Source of the DNA: Ascidiella aspersa
Lineage: Eukaryota
Reading direction: 5' to 3'
Length of the DNA: 64,000 nt
Assembly (NCBI GenBank): GCA_963924565.1
Contig: OZ004610.1
Span: forward strand, 6,634,001-6,698,000
Shown: positions 52,401 to 61,460 of the stretch, in pieces
How the letters are laid out: each line of letters starts with the position of its first letter
Numbering within the stretch: position 1 is the first letter of the stretch
Notes under the pieces: generated by a model
What the model was told of the DNA's origin: nothing
The model's database searches: none
The model's input: only the letters and a program-made list of their open reading frames with translations
Made by a program: the position numbers and the translations under genes

Positions 52401-53439
52401 CGCACCTGCTTTAACCAGCTCATGAACGGCGTCGACAAGAACCTACACACAAAGACTCGCGACAGGTTGGTAGGGAAAACTGTGCGCCCTTGTGTTTGTC
52501 TTTGCCCACGGAAACGTAATTTTTTTGTTTCTGAATTTTTAAGCTATATTCAACTCTTAACAATATAAGAAATTTTGTGATAATACAGGAAATAAAAAAA
52601 ATCGGTAGCCACTTAAACAGACATTACAACCCAAAAATCGAAATATTTAATGCTTGTTTTTTTGTATAAGTTGCGAAACGCTAGTTTCTAAATACAAGCA
52701 AATTAAATATTGCCGTATCGATATTTTATCCTGCCAAGGCGCTAACTTATTTACAAGCGTTGTTTTTTTAGTTCTCACTGGTTCGTAAACGCCGGTCGAC
52801 GATAACATTTTAACGCCCCGTTTATATTTGATGAAACTCTAAATTCAAATTCTTACAAACTTGCAAAAAATTACAAGCTTTAATGATGTATTACTGTAAA
52901 AGGTTAATTTAATCTATAAAATTTAGCAAATTTAAAAGTGAATTTGGCCGCCCACCCAGAAAGGTTTAGTTGTGGCACCTCGATCTCGTATATTTGTCTT
53001 AAAGTGTCTAAAATGTAGACTAATCTTTTCAAATTAACTACAGTGACCCCGTAAAATAATATACTCCTATCCCATTTAGTGCTGTATAATGTAATGTGTT
53101 TTAATAAATGTATCCTAATGACTTGCCTAGTTGTTTAAAAAATATTTCCTTCCAAATTCGGGTTAGTAAAATAATTTTTGTATTTCTACCATTCCGCAAG
53201 TCTCAAAGGGTTAAAAACCACTGGTCCAAAAAAAATCCTGGCCTGACACAAAATGGCGCCCGATTAACTCTGCCTTCGCGTCGCCACCGTTTAGATTCAC
53301 GCAGAACCTTTCCATCTTCCGCCGCGACATTCTCGAACTGATGAAGTCGGAGACATCGACGAGCACCGCCCCCGCCGCCACACCGGGGGCCAACGTCATC
53401 GACCTGTCGGCGGGCAACTCCAACAACATGATGACGTAG
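13102..53439 (+). CDS. XPO7: Exportin-7 / RanBP16-RanBP17 family. 25 exons: 13102-13110, 13964-14110, 14968-15061, 15488-15654, 16035-16244, 16616-16791, 17591-17735, 20380-20577, 21531-21752, 23153-23243, 24114-24249, 25314-25422, 26030-26103, 26988-27132, 27928-28030, 28412-28508, 30570-30680, 31584-31665, 32285-32393, 33570-33784, 34341-34479, 35275-35495, 36620-36718, 52329-52465, 53295-53439 (TAG)
   Basis: Continuous in-frame splicing. Recognisable XPO7 peptides: [136 protein letters not shown], and a C-terminal NNMMT*. The 9-nt first exon (MEQ) is the least certain. Confidence 0.95.
17163..17608 (+). repeat. ~77-bp degenerate minisatellite (about 6 units) running into the XPO7 exon-7 acceptor
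   Basis: Repeats of AGAGT(G/A)TACCA(A)TTTTT..AGATAA..TTTTT(GC)CAGTCTTCC.ATTT.ACT. Confidence 0.85.
17881..18185. mobile_element. hAT-type MITE
   Basis: CAGTGTTTCTTAACC / GGTTGAGAAACGCTG; perfect TSD GTATAGAT. Confidence 0.88.
18626..18673 (+). ncRNA. Minimal hammerhead ribozyme motif (PLE 3'-end fragment)
   Basis: TTTACC-CTGAAGA-A-GGCGATTTG(CA)TAGGTTGCC-GAAAC-GTT-GGTTAA. Stem II pairs with G-U wobbles. Confidence 0.7.
19311..19425 (+). repeat. ~22-bp tandem repeat (AATTTAGTAGTTTGGAATTGCA), about 5 copies
   Basis: Directly visible periodicity. Confidence 0.85.
20808..20848 (-). ncRNA. Minimal hammerhead ribozyme motif within fold-back element ~20731-20915
   Basis: Minus strand: AA-CTGAAGA-T-GATAC(AAGCTC)GTATC-GAAAC-GTC-TT. 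A degenerate inverted copy CTGACGATGATA.. lies at 20862. Confidence 0.65.
21767..22743. mobile_element. hAT-type non-autonomous element hosting the 21901-22101 insertion
   Basis: CAGGGGTCAGCAA / TCGGTGACCGCTG termini, subterminal CCGGCCC motifs, degenerate TSD. Confidence 0.65.
21901..22101. mobile_element. Fold-back insertion (~60-bp near-perfect inverted arms) with a 12-bp flanking direct repeat and a half hammerhead; PLE-like
   Basis: Arms ~21908-21970 and 22007-22069. TAATACAGTTCT at 21901 and 22090. The minus strand reads GCCGAAACGTT...AATAAA. Confidence 0.65.
24761..25259. mobile_element. hAT-type MITE with nested Merlin-like MITE (24841-25052)
   Basis: Outer termini CAGTGGTTCCTAA / TTGGGAACCACTG. 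Inner element GGCGCTGGTCT...AGACCAGCGTC with perfect TSD AGAAAAAC. Confidence 0.85.
26533..26838. mobile_element. hAT-type MITE
   Basis: TIR CAGGGATGTCCAAC / GTTGGACATCCCTG; perfect TSD TATTAGAC; GGGCCGC subterminal repeats. Confidence 0.92.
28608..28860 (+). repeat. Unclassified dispersed repeat (also ~10900-11142; related ATAAGAC motifs at 60760-60900)
   Basis: Shared TTTTGGACTCCA, ATAAGAC, AAATAGCCAGAA and CACTAACTCCC...ATTTCAACCCTA blocks. Confidence 0.6.
29002..30367. mobile_element. hAT-type non-autonomous element (~1.37 kb); inverted deletion derivative at 3632-3780
   Basis: CAGTGTTTCTTAAA / TTTAAGAAGCACTG; TSD CCATAGAG/TCATAGAG. 30250-30367 is the reverse complement of 3632-3750. 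Confidence 0.8.
30681..31583 (+). other. U12-type (minor spliceosome) GT-AG intron of XPO7
   Basis: The 5' site GTATCCTT matches the U12 consensus. A branch-like TTCCTTTAC lies about 15 nt before CAG (31581-31583). A phase-2 join gives ..LFQLV/YPTFID.. Confidence 0.85.
30768..31034. mobile_element. hAT-type MITE inside the U12 intron
   Basis: CAGTGGTTCTCAACC / GGTTGAGAATCACT; GGGTGCC subterminal motifs. Confidence 0.75.
32522..32860. mobile_element. hAT-type MITE (related inverted fragment at ~20130-20353)
   Basis: CAGGGGTTCTTAAACT / AGTTTAAAAACCCCTG; TSD TGTTAAGG/TGTTAGGG. Confidence 0.85.
36780..37339. mobile_element. hAT (Ac-like TAGGGATG terminus) non-autonomous element
   Basis: TAGGGATG.. 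/ ..CTCCCCTA; CCGATA/TATCGG subterminal repeats; TSD TGGGTAAC/TGCGTAAC. Confidence 0.75.
37921..38073 (+). pseudogene. 5'-truncated third copy of the nested ZNF gene (last ~1.8 fingers plus stop, followed by the 3' flank)
   Basis: [16 protein letters not shown]...[25 protein letters not shown]. The segment 37921-38687 matches 43495-44275. Confidence 0.85.
40183..40701. mobile_element. hAT-type MITE, duplicated with the ZNF unit (second copy 46583-47094)
   Basis: CAGTGATCGGCA / TGCCGAACACTG; flanks GTGTAGCC/GTGTAGAA. Confidence 0.75.
42205..43647 (+). CDS. C2H2 zinc-finger protein, 17 tandem fingers, 480 aa, single coding exon, nested in XPO7 intron 23
   Basis: ORF of 28-aa CxxC..F..L..HxxxH repeats with TGEKP linkers. 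An in-frame TAA lies immediately before the ATG. Confidence 0.92.
   Translation: MEPIKKQHNCKYCEKCFRDRHALSCHERTHTGEKPFACKYCSKCFSDKGYVTKHERIHTGEKPFTCNYCEKSFRTSGMLLSHKRIHTEEKKYTCSYCSKCFRNKGHLTKHERLHTGEKPYTCKFCEKTFPHKSYLTIHEQIHIENKPHTCKYCEKCFHTKQRLTNHERIHTGEKPYSCRYCSKCFRIKEKLGVHERIHTGEKPYACKFCKKSFRHTASLTTHERIHTGDKPYTCDYCEKSFNGSGDLNKHKRIHTGEKPHTCSYCSKSFRTTGSLVNHERTHTGEKPFTCNYCGKSFSNTSALTQHERIHTGEKPFTCKYCSKCFGFKNILIKHERIHTGEKPYTCDHCKKSFTTSWAFTSHKKTHSEEKPYTCGNCFKCFREKGSLTSHERIHTGEKPFTCKYCEKSFRHKSSLTIHERIHTGEKPYSCKFCEKSFSDKSALKGHEKIHTGEKQFACEYCEKVFRRKEHVKSHERIHTR
45275..45316 (-). ncRNA. Minimal hammerhead ribozyme motif within fold-back element ~45201-45393 (same family as 20731-20915, 16869-16924 and 38770-38963)
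   Basis: Minus strand: ATTAA-CTGAAGA-T-GAT...ATC-GAAAC-GTC-TTAAT, with a perfect 5-bp stem I and a GUC cleavage triplet. Confidence 0.7.
48624..49898 (+). CDS. C2H2 zinc-finger protein, 15 tandem fingers, 424 aa; recent paralog of 42205-43647, nested in XPO7 intron 23
   Basis: Same N-terminus ([13 protein letters not shown]), near-identical upstream DNA, TGEKP-linked fingers. Confidence 0.92.
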   Translation: MEPIKKQHNCKYCEKCFRDRHALSCHERTHTGEKPFPCKYCSKCFSKKGSVTEHERIHTGEKPFTCNYCEKSFRTSGMLLSHKRIHTEEKKYTCSYCSKCFRDKGYLIKHERLHTGEKPYTCKFCEKTFPHKSYLTKHERIHTGDKPYTCDYCEKSFNDSGDLNKHKRIHTGEKPHTCSYCSKSFRTTGSLVKHKRIHTGEKPHTCSYCSKSFSTTGNLVTHEQTHTGEKPFACIYCKKYFRQKRVLVMHERIHTGEKPFTCKYCSKCFRSKTNLIKHERIHTGEKPYTCDHCKKSFTTSWAFTSHKKTHSEEKPYTCSYCFKCFRQKGNLTNHERIHTGEKPFTCKYCEKSFRHKISFTIHERIHTGEKPYSCKFCEKKFSSNSALKQHEKIHTGEKRFACKYCEKVFRRSGHVKSHERIHTR

Positions 53440-56400
53440 CGCGGATGACGTCACGTCGTCACGGTTCGACTGCGCTGCGCGTTGCCCAACCACTGCCACT
53501 GAAGCAGGTGGCGAGGGTTTCGAAACGGCTGAGAGACGAAAAGTTGGAAGCGAAAGCTTGTCTCGCAATTTAAGTTAATTGCAGCAGGAATGAGATTTTT
53601 CATGTTTGATACGCAATTTTTATCCAAAAGTTCTTTTTTTTTTGTTTGATTAAAACTTCATACAACTCGCCACCCAAACCCTGCATTTTTTAAATTGAAT
53701 TTCTCTTGAACAATCTGAGCCTATAATAGGCTTTGCAATGTCTGGGAAACGTACAAGTATAAAGACAACTTAACATTCGATTTCCTTTTAACTTTTGTTA
53801 AATTTTTGTCTTGCGTTAAATTTAAGCAAACAATATTCACCAAGTTGCACTCTTGTGGTTGTAACTCATGCTAAATAACAGTGTTTCTGGCCCATATCGA
53901 TTAATGGCATTAATCGACTACCTTAACAGTTTTTAATTCACAAATAATTAAGAGTAATTTTCTGAATAAAGTTTGATGAATTGGATTGGCAACTTGCTGT
54001 AATTTCCTATACTTCCTGAATTTCAGGCTATAAAGTTCCTTTATTAAAAAACGGCATATGCAATTGGGCGCGAGGTTTTTTTTCGCCCGCTAGGTTAGCA
54101 GAAACAGAACACATTCTATTATAAAACTTGTTATTAGATTTGGGTTGAAACATAATACACTTGCGTAAGAAAGACACATTGTCGATCGCGACCTAAAAAA
54201 ATTAAGTTTACATATTTTGTTTATCACGGCCACGTTTGTGGCGAAAAAGTCAACTCGAACTGTGCCTTGTCTCGTCGAAATTTCGTGTTCTTGTTCAACC
54301 CTTCGTCTCCTTTATGTCAGCTCTATATGCAATTACCCACTCTTGCAGGGATAATGTCGATCCGTTTTACAAGGCCCCCATTTTCGTCGATTTTTCGCGA
54401 CAACGTAAAATCCGGCCGAATGAAATTGTTCGAAGTATTGACCAGCGAGTCACTAAATATCAGCCCGCGGCAACATTCGACCCGCATGTTCAATTCTTTC
54501 AGCCCGCGGCGTATTTCCGTAATGATTCCGAAATACAGTGATTAAATGCGTAATAAGAATATCAATGCTCACACAGAAGTAGGTATCATTTTGAACGTGA
54601 TACTTTCTTCTGTATGGCCTTTGATATTCTTATTACGTCTTACAACAACCTCCAACCGTTATGCTCCAAACTAATCAAATACTTCATTAACTTTTGTCAG
54701 ATGCAAAACCAAACCTTATTTTGAAAAAACTTTAAACTAAACGACCATTTCATATAGCTCACTAAGCATTTTTCATTTTTTTGTTATAATGTTTCAGTTA
54801 TTTTAAAACCGTTCAATTTCAATTAGGGTTAATACAAAATTTGTACACAGCCCGCTATCGCCTTTTAAAGTTTCATGCAAAAAGTTTGGTGACCGTTGGC
54901 TTAGCGTAAGGCGTGTTCGTATACGGCAAATGCTTTGCCCAGTGTTCAACAATTCCATTAATCCTACTTTTAATATATCTTTACAACCGTTTTTTACACC
55001 CTTGTAATGTGTCTTCATTCAATCGCCATAAAACACATGTTTCAAAACTTTTTTTTTCTGTTGAGCTTTTAATCGTTTGACCATCTAACTAAAAAATTAC
55101 GTTTTTTTGTTTAGCAGACATCTGTATTACCTATAGCATTTAAGCAATCCTATAAAACCAAGCAAGCGAGAAGACATTATTAAACCAACATTTCGCTTTT
55201 TTGCGTTACTTGCAAGCAACGTTGTTTCTGTCAGCACAATTCCAATAAACCGGGCAAAAAAATTGCAGCACCTTTACAAATGCAGCATTGTACTTCGTTT
55301 CTTGAAAATGTAGCAGCTTGAAATCGCTATTAAAAATGTGTGTTCATACTAACCATATCTGGTTCGACTGACATTAGATTATGTTTTCTCTACATATAGT
55401 TGCGTGTTTGAGCTTATTTCTAGTGTTCACCTTAATAACGTACGGATTATTTTCCAACAATAAACCGTGTCGGGTACACTTGCATAGTACATAAAGGTCG
55501 AGGCGCTTTGTTATGCCGAGTTTTTTGTAATTCTTCGTTGCTTTGGCGTCAGTTCGCCCTCCTCTATGATCGTGTTTCTTTTGCGCGTTATTTCCATGCA
55601 ATAAAATACCGATTTTGTTCGCACTGTTGGGATCTTCACGCAGCACGAAAAAAGAAAAAAAAAACTCGGGTTAATAAAACGCTTGATGAAACACCGTCTA
55701 TTGACATTACACGACTGAATGACGAAATCGTACGTTAAGACATGTTGCTAATAGTTTCAAAAAGCCATGGTGAGGTTATTTTGCCTTGTTAGGTCGAAAA
55801 GGGTAAACAACTACGCCCTAAAGCAAAATAATCTATTTTTACGTAAACGGCAACAGCCAAAAGAGTCAAATGTCGAAAAGTCCAATATTTTAACGATGCA
55901 AAAAAGTTTTAATGAAAAGGCAAAGTTATGTTGCATTTTAGGGTTTTAGGAAAATAAACAAAAACTATTATAGGTCCGAATAGTTAGACTAAAGTTTCGA
56001 ATCCAGAAAGAATGCTTGAAAGGCTGAGCGACACGGATTTTGGCGACAACGTAATTTGGCTACATTTTTTAAGAAAAACGTGGCGTCTTTAGTTTGAAGA
56101 GTTTCCCGTAAACGCATATGTAAAAAAATAGATTCGTGAAACGGGAAATTTTTTGCCTTTACATATAGTTAAACAGCAGCTAAAAAATACGGGAAATGTG
56201 CTCGTGTCTATAGTTTTGGATATTCTACGACCCACCCACTAGTTTTAAATATGCTTCGACCCACTTAAAATGGTCTCGTGAGTAATTGTTGGTCTGCTGC
56301 CCAAAGTTTGAAAATGACAAGACCTAAATCGAGCTAAGCGTTTGCGACGAACGAGCGGGCGCCCATGCGTGGAGTACCCCTTGGTGGTACGAAGCACCAA

Positions 56401-56719
56401 GGCAGGGGGTACGACTACTATACGACATACAGTGTGAATTATGCGCTATTCACGCATATTTGTGAATAATGCGTATTTTACAAAAAGCCATAGTAAATTG
56501 ACTGATTTTTTGTGTGTTGTAACTGTAAGTATTGCTGAACTAACAAAACTGTATTTATTGCATGCATTCAACAAGTAAGTTATAAATACTTGGAGTTTAA
56601 TTCCTAATATTACAATTTTATTTACTTCCGTAGGCTGTTGTTGGCAGGGGGAACGAGAAAATTTCATGAAAGCCCAAAGGGTAGCCTACGAGCGATAAAA
56701 AAGTTTAAGGAACACTGGT

Positions 56720-56925
56720 CTAAAGCGTTTTCGTGAGCAAGGGCATAGTATCTCACCAAACGTGAACGAACAAACACAGAAAAAAAAAATTTCACTTGTA
56801 GATGCTGTTCAAGGTGTTTTCATTGCAAAGGACATATTAGGCCTACTAAACATGTAAGAAAACACACGGGAGAAAAACCCTATACACTAGCAAGTTTTGC
56901 GAACTATCTTTTCAGAGCAAAGACC
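56720..56925 (+). pseudogene. Degenerate C2H2 zinc-finger relic (~2-3 frameshifted fingers)
   Basis: agtatctcaccaaacgtgaacgaaca...ttcacttgtagatgctgttcaaggtgttttc...aaacatgtaagaaaacacacgggagaaaaaccctataca, i.e. FTCRCCSRCF and [13 protein letters not shown]. It resembles the nested ZNF family. Confidence 0.7.
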
Positions 56926-56967
56926 GGTAAATTGTGAATGGCAGTAATATTATACGCCACGTAATGG

Positions 56968-57270
56968 CAGTGTTGTAAACAAGTACCATTTGAGACATTT
57001 GTAAAAAAACTTATGTCCAAGTCAAGTCATTTTTGAAAAAAACTTAAGTACAAGTCAAGCCATTTTAAATAAATCATGAGTTAAGTCCCAGTCAAGCAAT
57101 AGTTAGAGCAAGTCAAGTCCTTGTCATAAAAATAAAATGTTAAACTATTACAATTGATAAACTCGTCCGAATATAAGCAATACCTCCACTTAAAAATAAC
57201 ATAAACCGCAAACTATAGCAAGCAATTTGTTTTATTTGCAAAACTTGGAGAAATACCCCAATTTTTTAAT
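56968..57270 (+). repeat. Dispersed CAAGTCAAGTC-rich DNA-element family (also ~5575-5740 inverted, 6964-7370, 10306-10700, 44545-44628)
   Basis: Shared start (CAG)TGTTGTAAACAAGT, CAAGTC(A) repeats, and an internal block GTTAAACTATTA...TAAACTCGT.CG...AGCAATA. Confidence 0.75.
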
Positions 57271-57323
57271 AAAAAATGCTAGCGGTCCTTGTCATAATGT
57301 AATTGATCCGTAGCGACCCTTGT

Positions 57324-57936
57324 AATTAATCACCCCATCTGTCAGAAATCAGTGCAGTTCTAAGCAAAAAGGTCTACGACAATCAGTGCATTCAAAGGAT
57401 CAAAAAGTCCGACTTTTAGACTTTGAGGTCTTGGACAATGCACTAATTTGCATTAGCAAATGTGCATAAGAAGATTAAGTTTAACAATACTTGACCCAAA
57501 CGCTAACCAGCGCCCTAACCCAAATAATGTGCGATAATTTAATAATTATAACGCTTCAGGCCCCAATACCTTAATTTGTGACGTAATAATCTTAAATACA
57601 ATGGACGAGAAACCATCCCAGTTTGGGCTTTTCTCCCCAGCATTTAAAGAATTATTAAAATAACGCACATTATTTGGGTTAGGATTCGGGTTAGCGTTAG
57701 GGTTTAGGTGGGTCAAGTGTTATTAATCCTATCTCTTATTTTTTGTCATCTTTTCTGAACTTTTAATGAATATTTTTAATTTATCTTCGCCGGGAGTTTA
57801 CCTACAGGTCCAAATCAGTGCATTGCCAGGACCTCAAGGTCTAAAAGTCTAGACTTTTCTGCTATTGGATGCCCTGATTGTCGTAGACCTTTTTGCTTAG
57901 AAATACACTGATTTCTAACGGATCGGGTGAATTAAT
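57324..57936. mobile_element. Fold-back MITE with ~125-bp imperfect terminal inverted repeats
   Basis: 57324-57451 is the reverse complement of ~57811-57936, e.g. CTAAGCAAAAAGGTCTACGACAATCAG / CTGATTGTCGTAGACCTTTTTGCTTAG. Confidence 0.8.
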
Positions 57937-58709
57937 CATGAATGTTATTTTGATTGATCCCAACAACCCTTTAGCGTCCTTGCGAAAATCCTATTCTTGA
58001 TGATTGATTCTGTGGGTTTTAGCACAATGATAGGATATTTATTGCAATTACACAAACGACAAACAGTACTTACAGGTACTTACGATACATACATACAATA
58101 ATTACCTCCGTATAACGTACGCGATCTGGACTCCACAATGAACAGTATGCAAGACTGTTATTTTTGGTATAAAATGAAATCCCTTTTATATAGCATTCCA
58201 GCTGGCGGTAATTAAATATCGTGACAATGCGGTTCGGCGACGCATCGAAAAAGAGGAAACTCGGACAATCGACGAAAACACGATCAGGCAACAAACTGTC
58301 AATTTGATGAATTCACAGAGGCTGGTGTGACGACGTCACAACCGGCCAGCCTGCTTCATTTGGTTGGCCGGGGTTTCAAGCCGGTAACAATATGGAGCGC
58401 AAACGCTACAATTCTATCGCACTTTTTGAATGATCGCACCGATCCTGGTTAAATTCCACTAATCCTGGCGATGGATTCTACCGATCCTTGTCATTCTAAA
58501 TATTTTTAAAATGGACCATTGCACCACTTTGCCACCCAAATACATTTTGGGGATTCCCCTAACCAAAATACACTGTTTTGAATTCGTAATGGGTGATAAT
58601 GTCTTTGTCCTGATTTTTTGTTTGTCAATTAACCATTTATCCAGTTGACACTTTTCAGTACTGGACAACCTAAATTAATGACACTGCTTTTGTTTGAAAT
58701 GAATTGATA

Positions 58710-59567
58710 ATGGAGAAGGGGTCATCAACTAAAAAACAAGACTCTATCAGCCCCTTTAGTTATGACAAGAAGCCTGAACCACCAAAGGCCTTACCTAACC
58801 AAGACAACGAAAAAGAGTTCAGATGTGGTATTTGTGAGAAGTGCTTTAAAACTAGAAAGACTCTTACAAACCACATTTCTCAAGTACACAGTAAAAAGCA
58901 TAGTTGCAAAGAGTGTCCAAAATCATTTGGACTCCTGAGTTTGCTAGAAAGACATGTTCGCCTTCACTCTGGTGAAAGACCATTTCCATGTAAGGATTGT
59001 GGAAAGTCTTATGTAACAGCTGGTCGACTGAACAGACACATGAAAACACACACTGGAAAGAATTTGTGTCGATGCAGCATATGTGAAAAATCATTTACAT
59101 GTGCGACCTATTTAAAAAAACACATTGATTTGGTGCATCACAAACTTAAGTCTTTTAAATGCGAACATTGTGACAAGTGTTTTGGCGATGCTGGGTCTGT
59201 CACTGCCCACCTAAGAACCCACACCGGTGAAAAACCATTCAGTTGCAAATATTGTGGAAAGTGTTTTGCTGGTAGAGGAAATCTCCATACACATGAACGG
59301 ACTCATGCTGGAGAAAAACCTCACGTCTGCAAGTTTTGTGGCAAGTGCTTTGGTCTTGCAGGGTCACTAACTGTCCACCAGAAAATTCACACAGGGGAAA
59401 AGCCGCATATTTGCGAAATCTGTGGCCAGGGTTTTGGAAGAAAAGGAAATCTTTTATCTCACATGAAAATTCACACTGGAGAAAAGCCATACCAGTGTTC
59501 AATTTGCCAAAAGAAATTCACTGTAAAAAGTAGTTTAAAATCTCATATATCTCATATTCATAAATAA
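58710..59567 (+). CDS. C2H2 zinc-finger protein, 9 fingers, short low-complexity N-terminus
   Basis: ORF 58704-59567, first ATG at 58710. Nine CxxC/HxxxH or HxxxxH fingers with TGEKP-type linkers. More divergent than the nested pair. Confidence 0.9.
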   Translation: MEKGSSTKKQDSISPFSYDKKPEPPKALPNQDNEKEFRCGICEKCFKTRKTLTNHISQVHSKKHSCKECPKSFGLLSLLERHVRLHSGERPFPCKDCGKSYVTAGRLNRHMKTHTGKNLCRCSICEKSFTCATYLKKHIDLVHHKLKSFKCEHCDKCFGDAGSVTAHLRTHTGEKPFSCKYCGKCFAGRGNLHTHERTHAGEKPHVCKFCGKCFGLAGSLTVHQKIHTGEKPHICEICGQGFGRKGNLLSHMKIHTGEKPYQCSICQKKFTVKSSLKSHISHIHK

Positions 59568-61460
59568 ACTTTATAAAAATAAATATCTTATTAGGATTTA
59601 TTAACTACCACATCTAGTTTAGTTTGTACCACTACCTATAATTGTCACTACTTTTTGCTATAAATTCATAAAAGGTCACAGACCAACACTGTGCTATGTG
59701 CAATATATTGCATATTAAGGTGCAATAATAAAATTATTTAAAATTAACACTGTTACCTATCTTTTAATTGAAATTAATAGATTTAAATATTTAACCAACA
59801 ACATATAAAAAAACAATAGAAGATTGAAAATGATTGTATCAGAGGGTAGATATGTAGTCGGGCTGTCATTTTAACAATACAAGATTCTTGCTAATTTATG
59901 TTCCTTCTTATTTCTAAATTCTATTTGAAAAACATTATGTTCAAAAAATCTCAGATTTCAATAACCCACTTGTTTTTTTGCCTGTTCACTGTTTTATTTG
60001 ATTTGGTGTCCATCGTTCTGTTGTCACACTTTTTGCATTAACTCTTTTAGCCACTGAATTATATGTTGTCAATGTTTTCTTGTTTGTTGGTTTTAAATGT
60101 TTTCATTTTTAGAAGTACCAAAGTGTTATATGTTATTTTGGCAACTCCAGTTAAAAAGGGCAAAATTATACATTTGAAAGTATTTTCTAGCCCTTGCTAT
60201 GTGTGTAAAACAATACCACTTTTCCAGTTGTTATTTTGTTGCATCTTTGTAGCATAAAAGACGTGTGAATTTGTTTTATTGGGAAACACCATAGCTCACT
60301 TGCACGCATTGTTTGGTAATAAAAGTTGCAATTTCGTTCCTAGAAAATATTTTGTCTTAATAATTACGATATATCTATTTTATATCAACGAAACTGAATT
60401 GTAATATTTTATTTCTGGTGTCCACAAATCGCGGATGGCCAACGAGTCAGAGGACAAGAGTAACGTTTCTCACTTGGTTAACTGTGAAGAGTCGCACCTA
60501 GCAAAAGGACAGAACTGAAAATCATCCGTTTCTTTCTCACTCACACACATAGGCAACGTTTTGCTTAATTAGATGGGTTGCACACAGACAATATTGCATA
60601 GACTATATTTAGTACATTTTTTACACTGTAGGAATTCATAAAAAAGCCATCCTACTGTCCAAGCTTCGAAAGACTTTTTGGAGGGGCATTATAGAAACGT
60701 GGCAGCATAAAAAGTCTCGTGCGCAAATATACAATGAGAATGTAGCATAAATGAAGTCAAGGATAAGACGACAAAAGTATATTCCGACATATTTTGGTCT
60801 TATTCCGACGATTTAACGTATTCTTATGTCGTGGTTATTAATATGAATTCGGCTTTATTAGGTCGTTGGTCTTAATGCTATGGTATTATAATTTATTCTG
60901 ATTTAGATATTGTTGCTTTGTAGATATTTTTGCGTTTTCCCGTACGAAAACGTCGCCTCGCTTTTATCGTGTTAGACAGCAATTACCAGTATTTTGTGAT
61001 GCATCTGCTTTAGTGTTAATTTTATTGTGAAACGTAATTTAAAAAAAATTGCAGCAACATCGACAAAAAATGTCTCCTTATACCTTTAGTCATAAAATCC
61101 TTATGAGTTGTTATCATAGGATTCGCTTGAATAAGTTCGCGCGAAAACAAACACATTGCAAGAGTGGTATTACGTTGAGTATTAAAGTAGGTTGAGTTTG
61201 ACGTTACTTTATTAAAAATTGTTTACTTATATATAATAAAATATAAAAAAAATTAAAACTTATTAATATATATTAAAGATCTAAATTGTAGCTAACTATA
61301 CTTGGTAAAAAGGAGTTCAACTGCTAACCATCCATTAAATTGCGACGTACCAACGAATTTTTTCTCAGTATCTCCGACTCCGTTTTTAATTTTAATGCAG
61401 CACGTTTTATTTATGTTGTGATTTGATTCCAGCACTAGCCTAAGTAAACGTTTAACAATC

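Noticed and set aside
59918-59933. ATTCTATTTGAAAAAC resembles the Ciona spliced leader as I recall it
   Set aside because: Two mismatches, no following GT donor or Sm site, and AT-rich context; likely chance.
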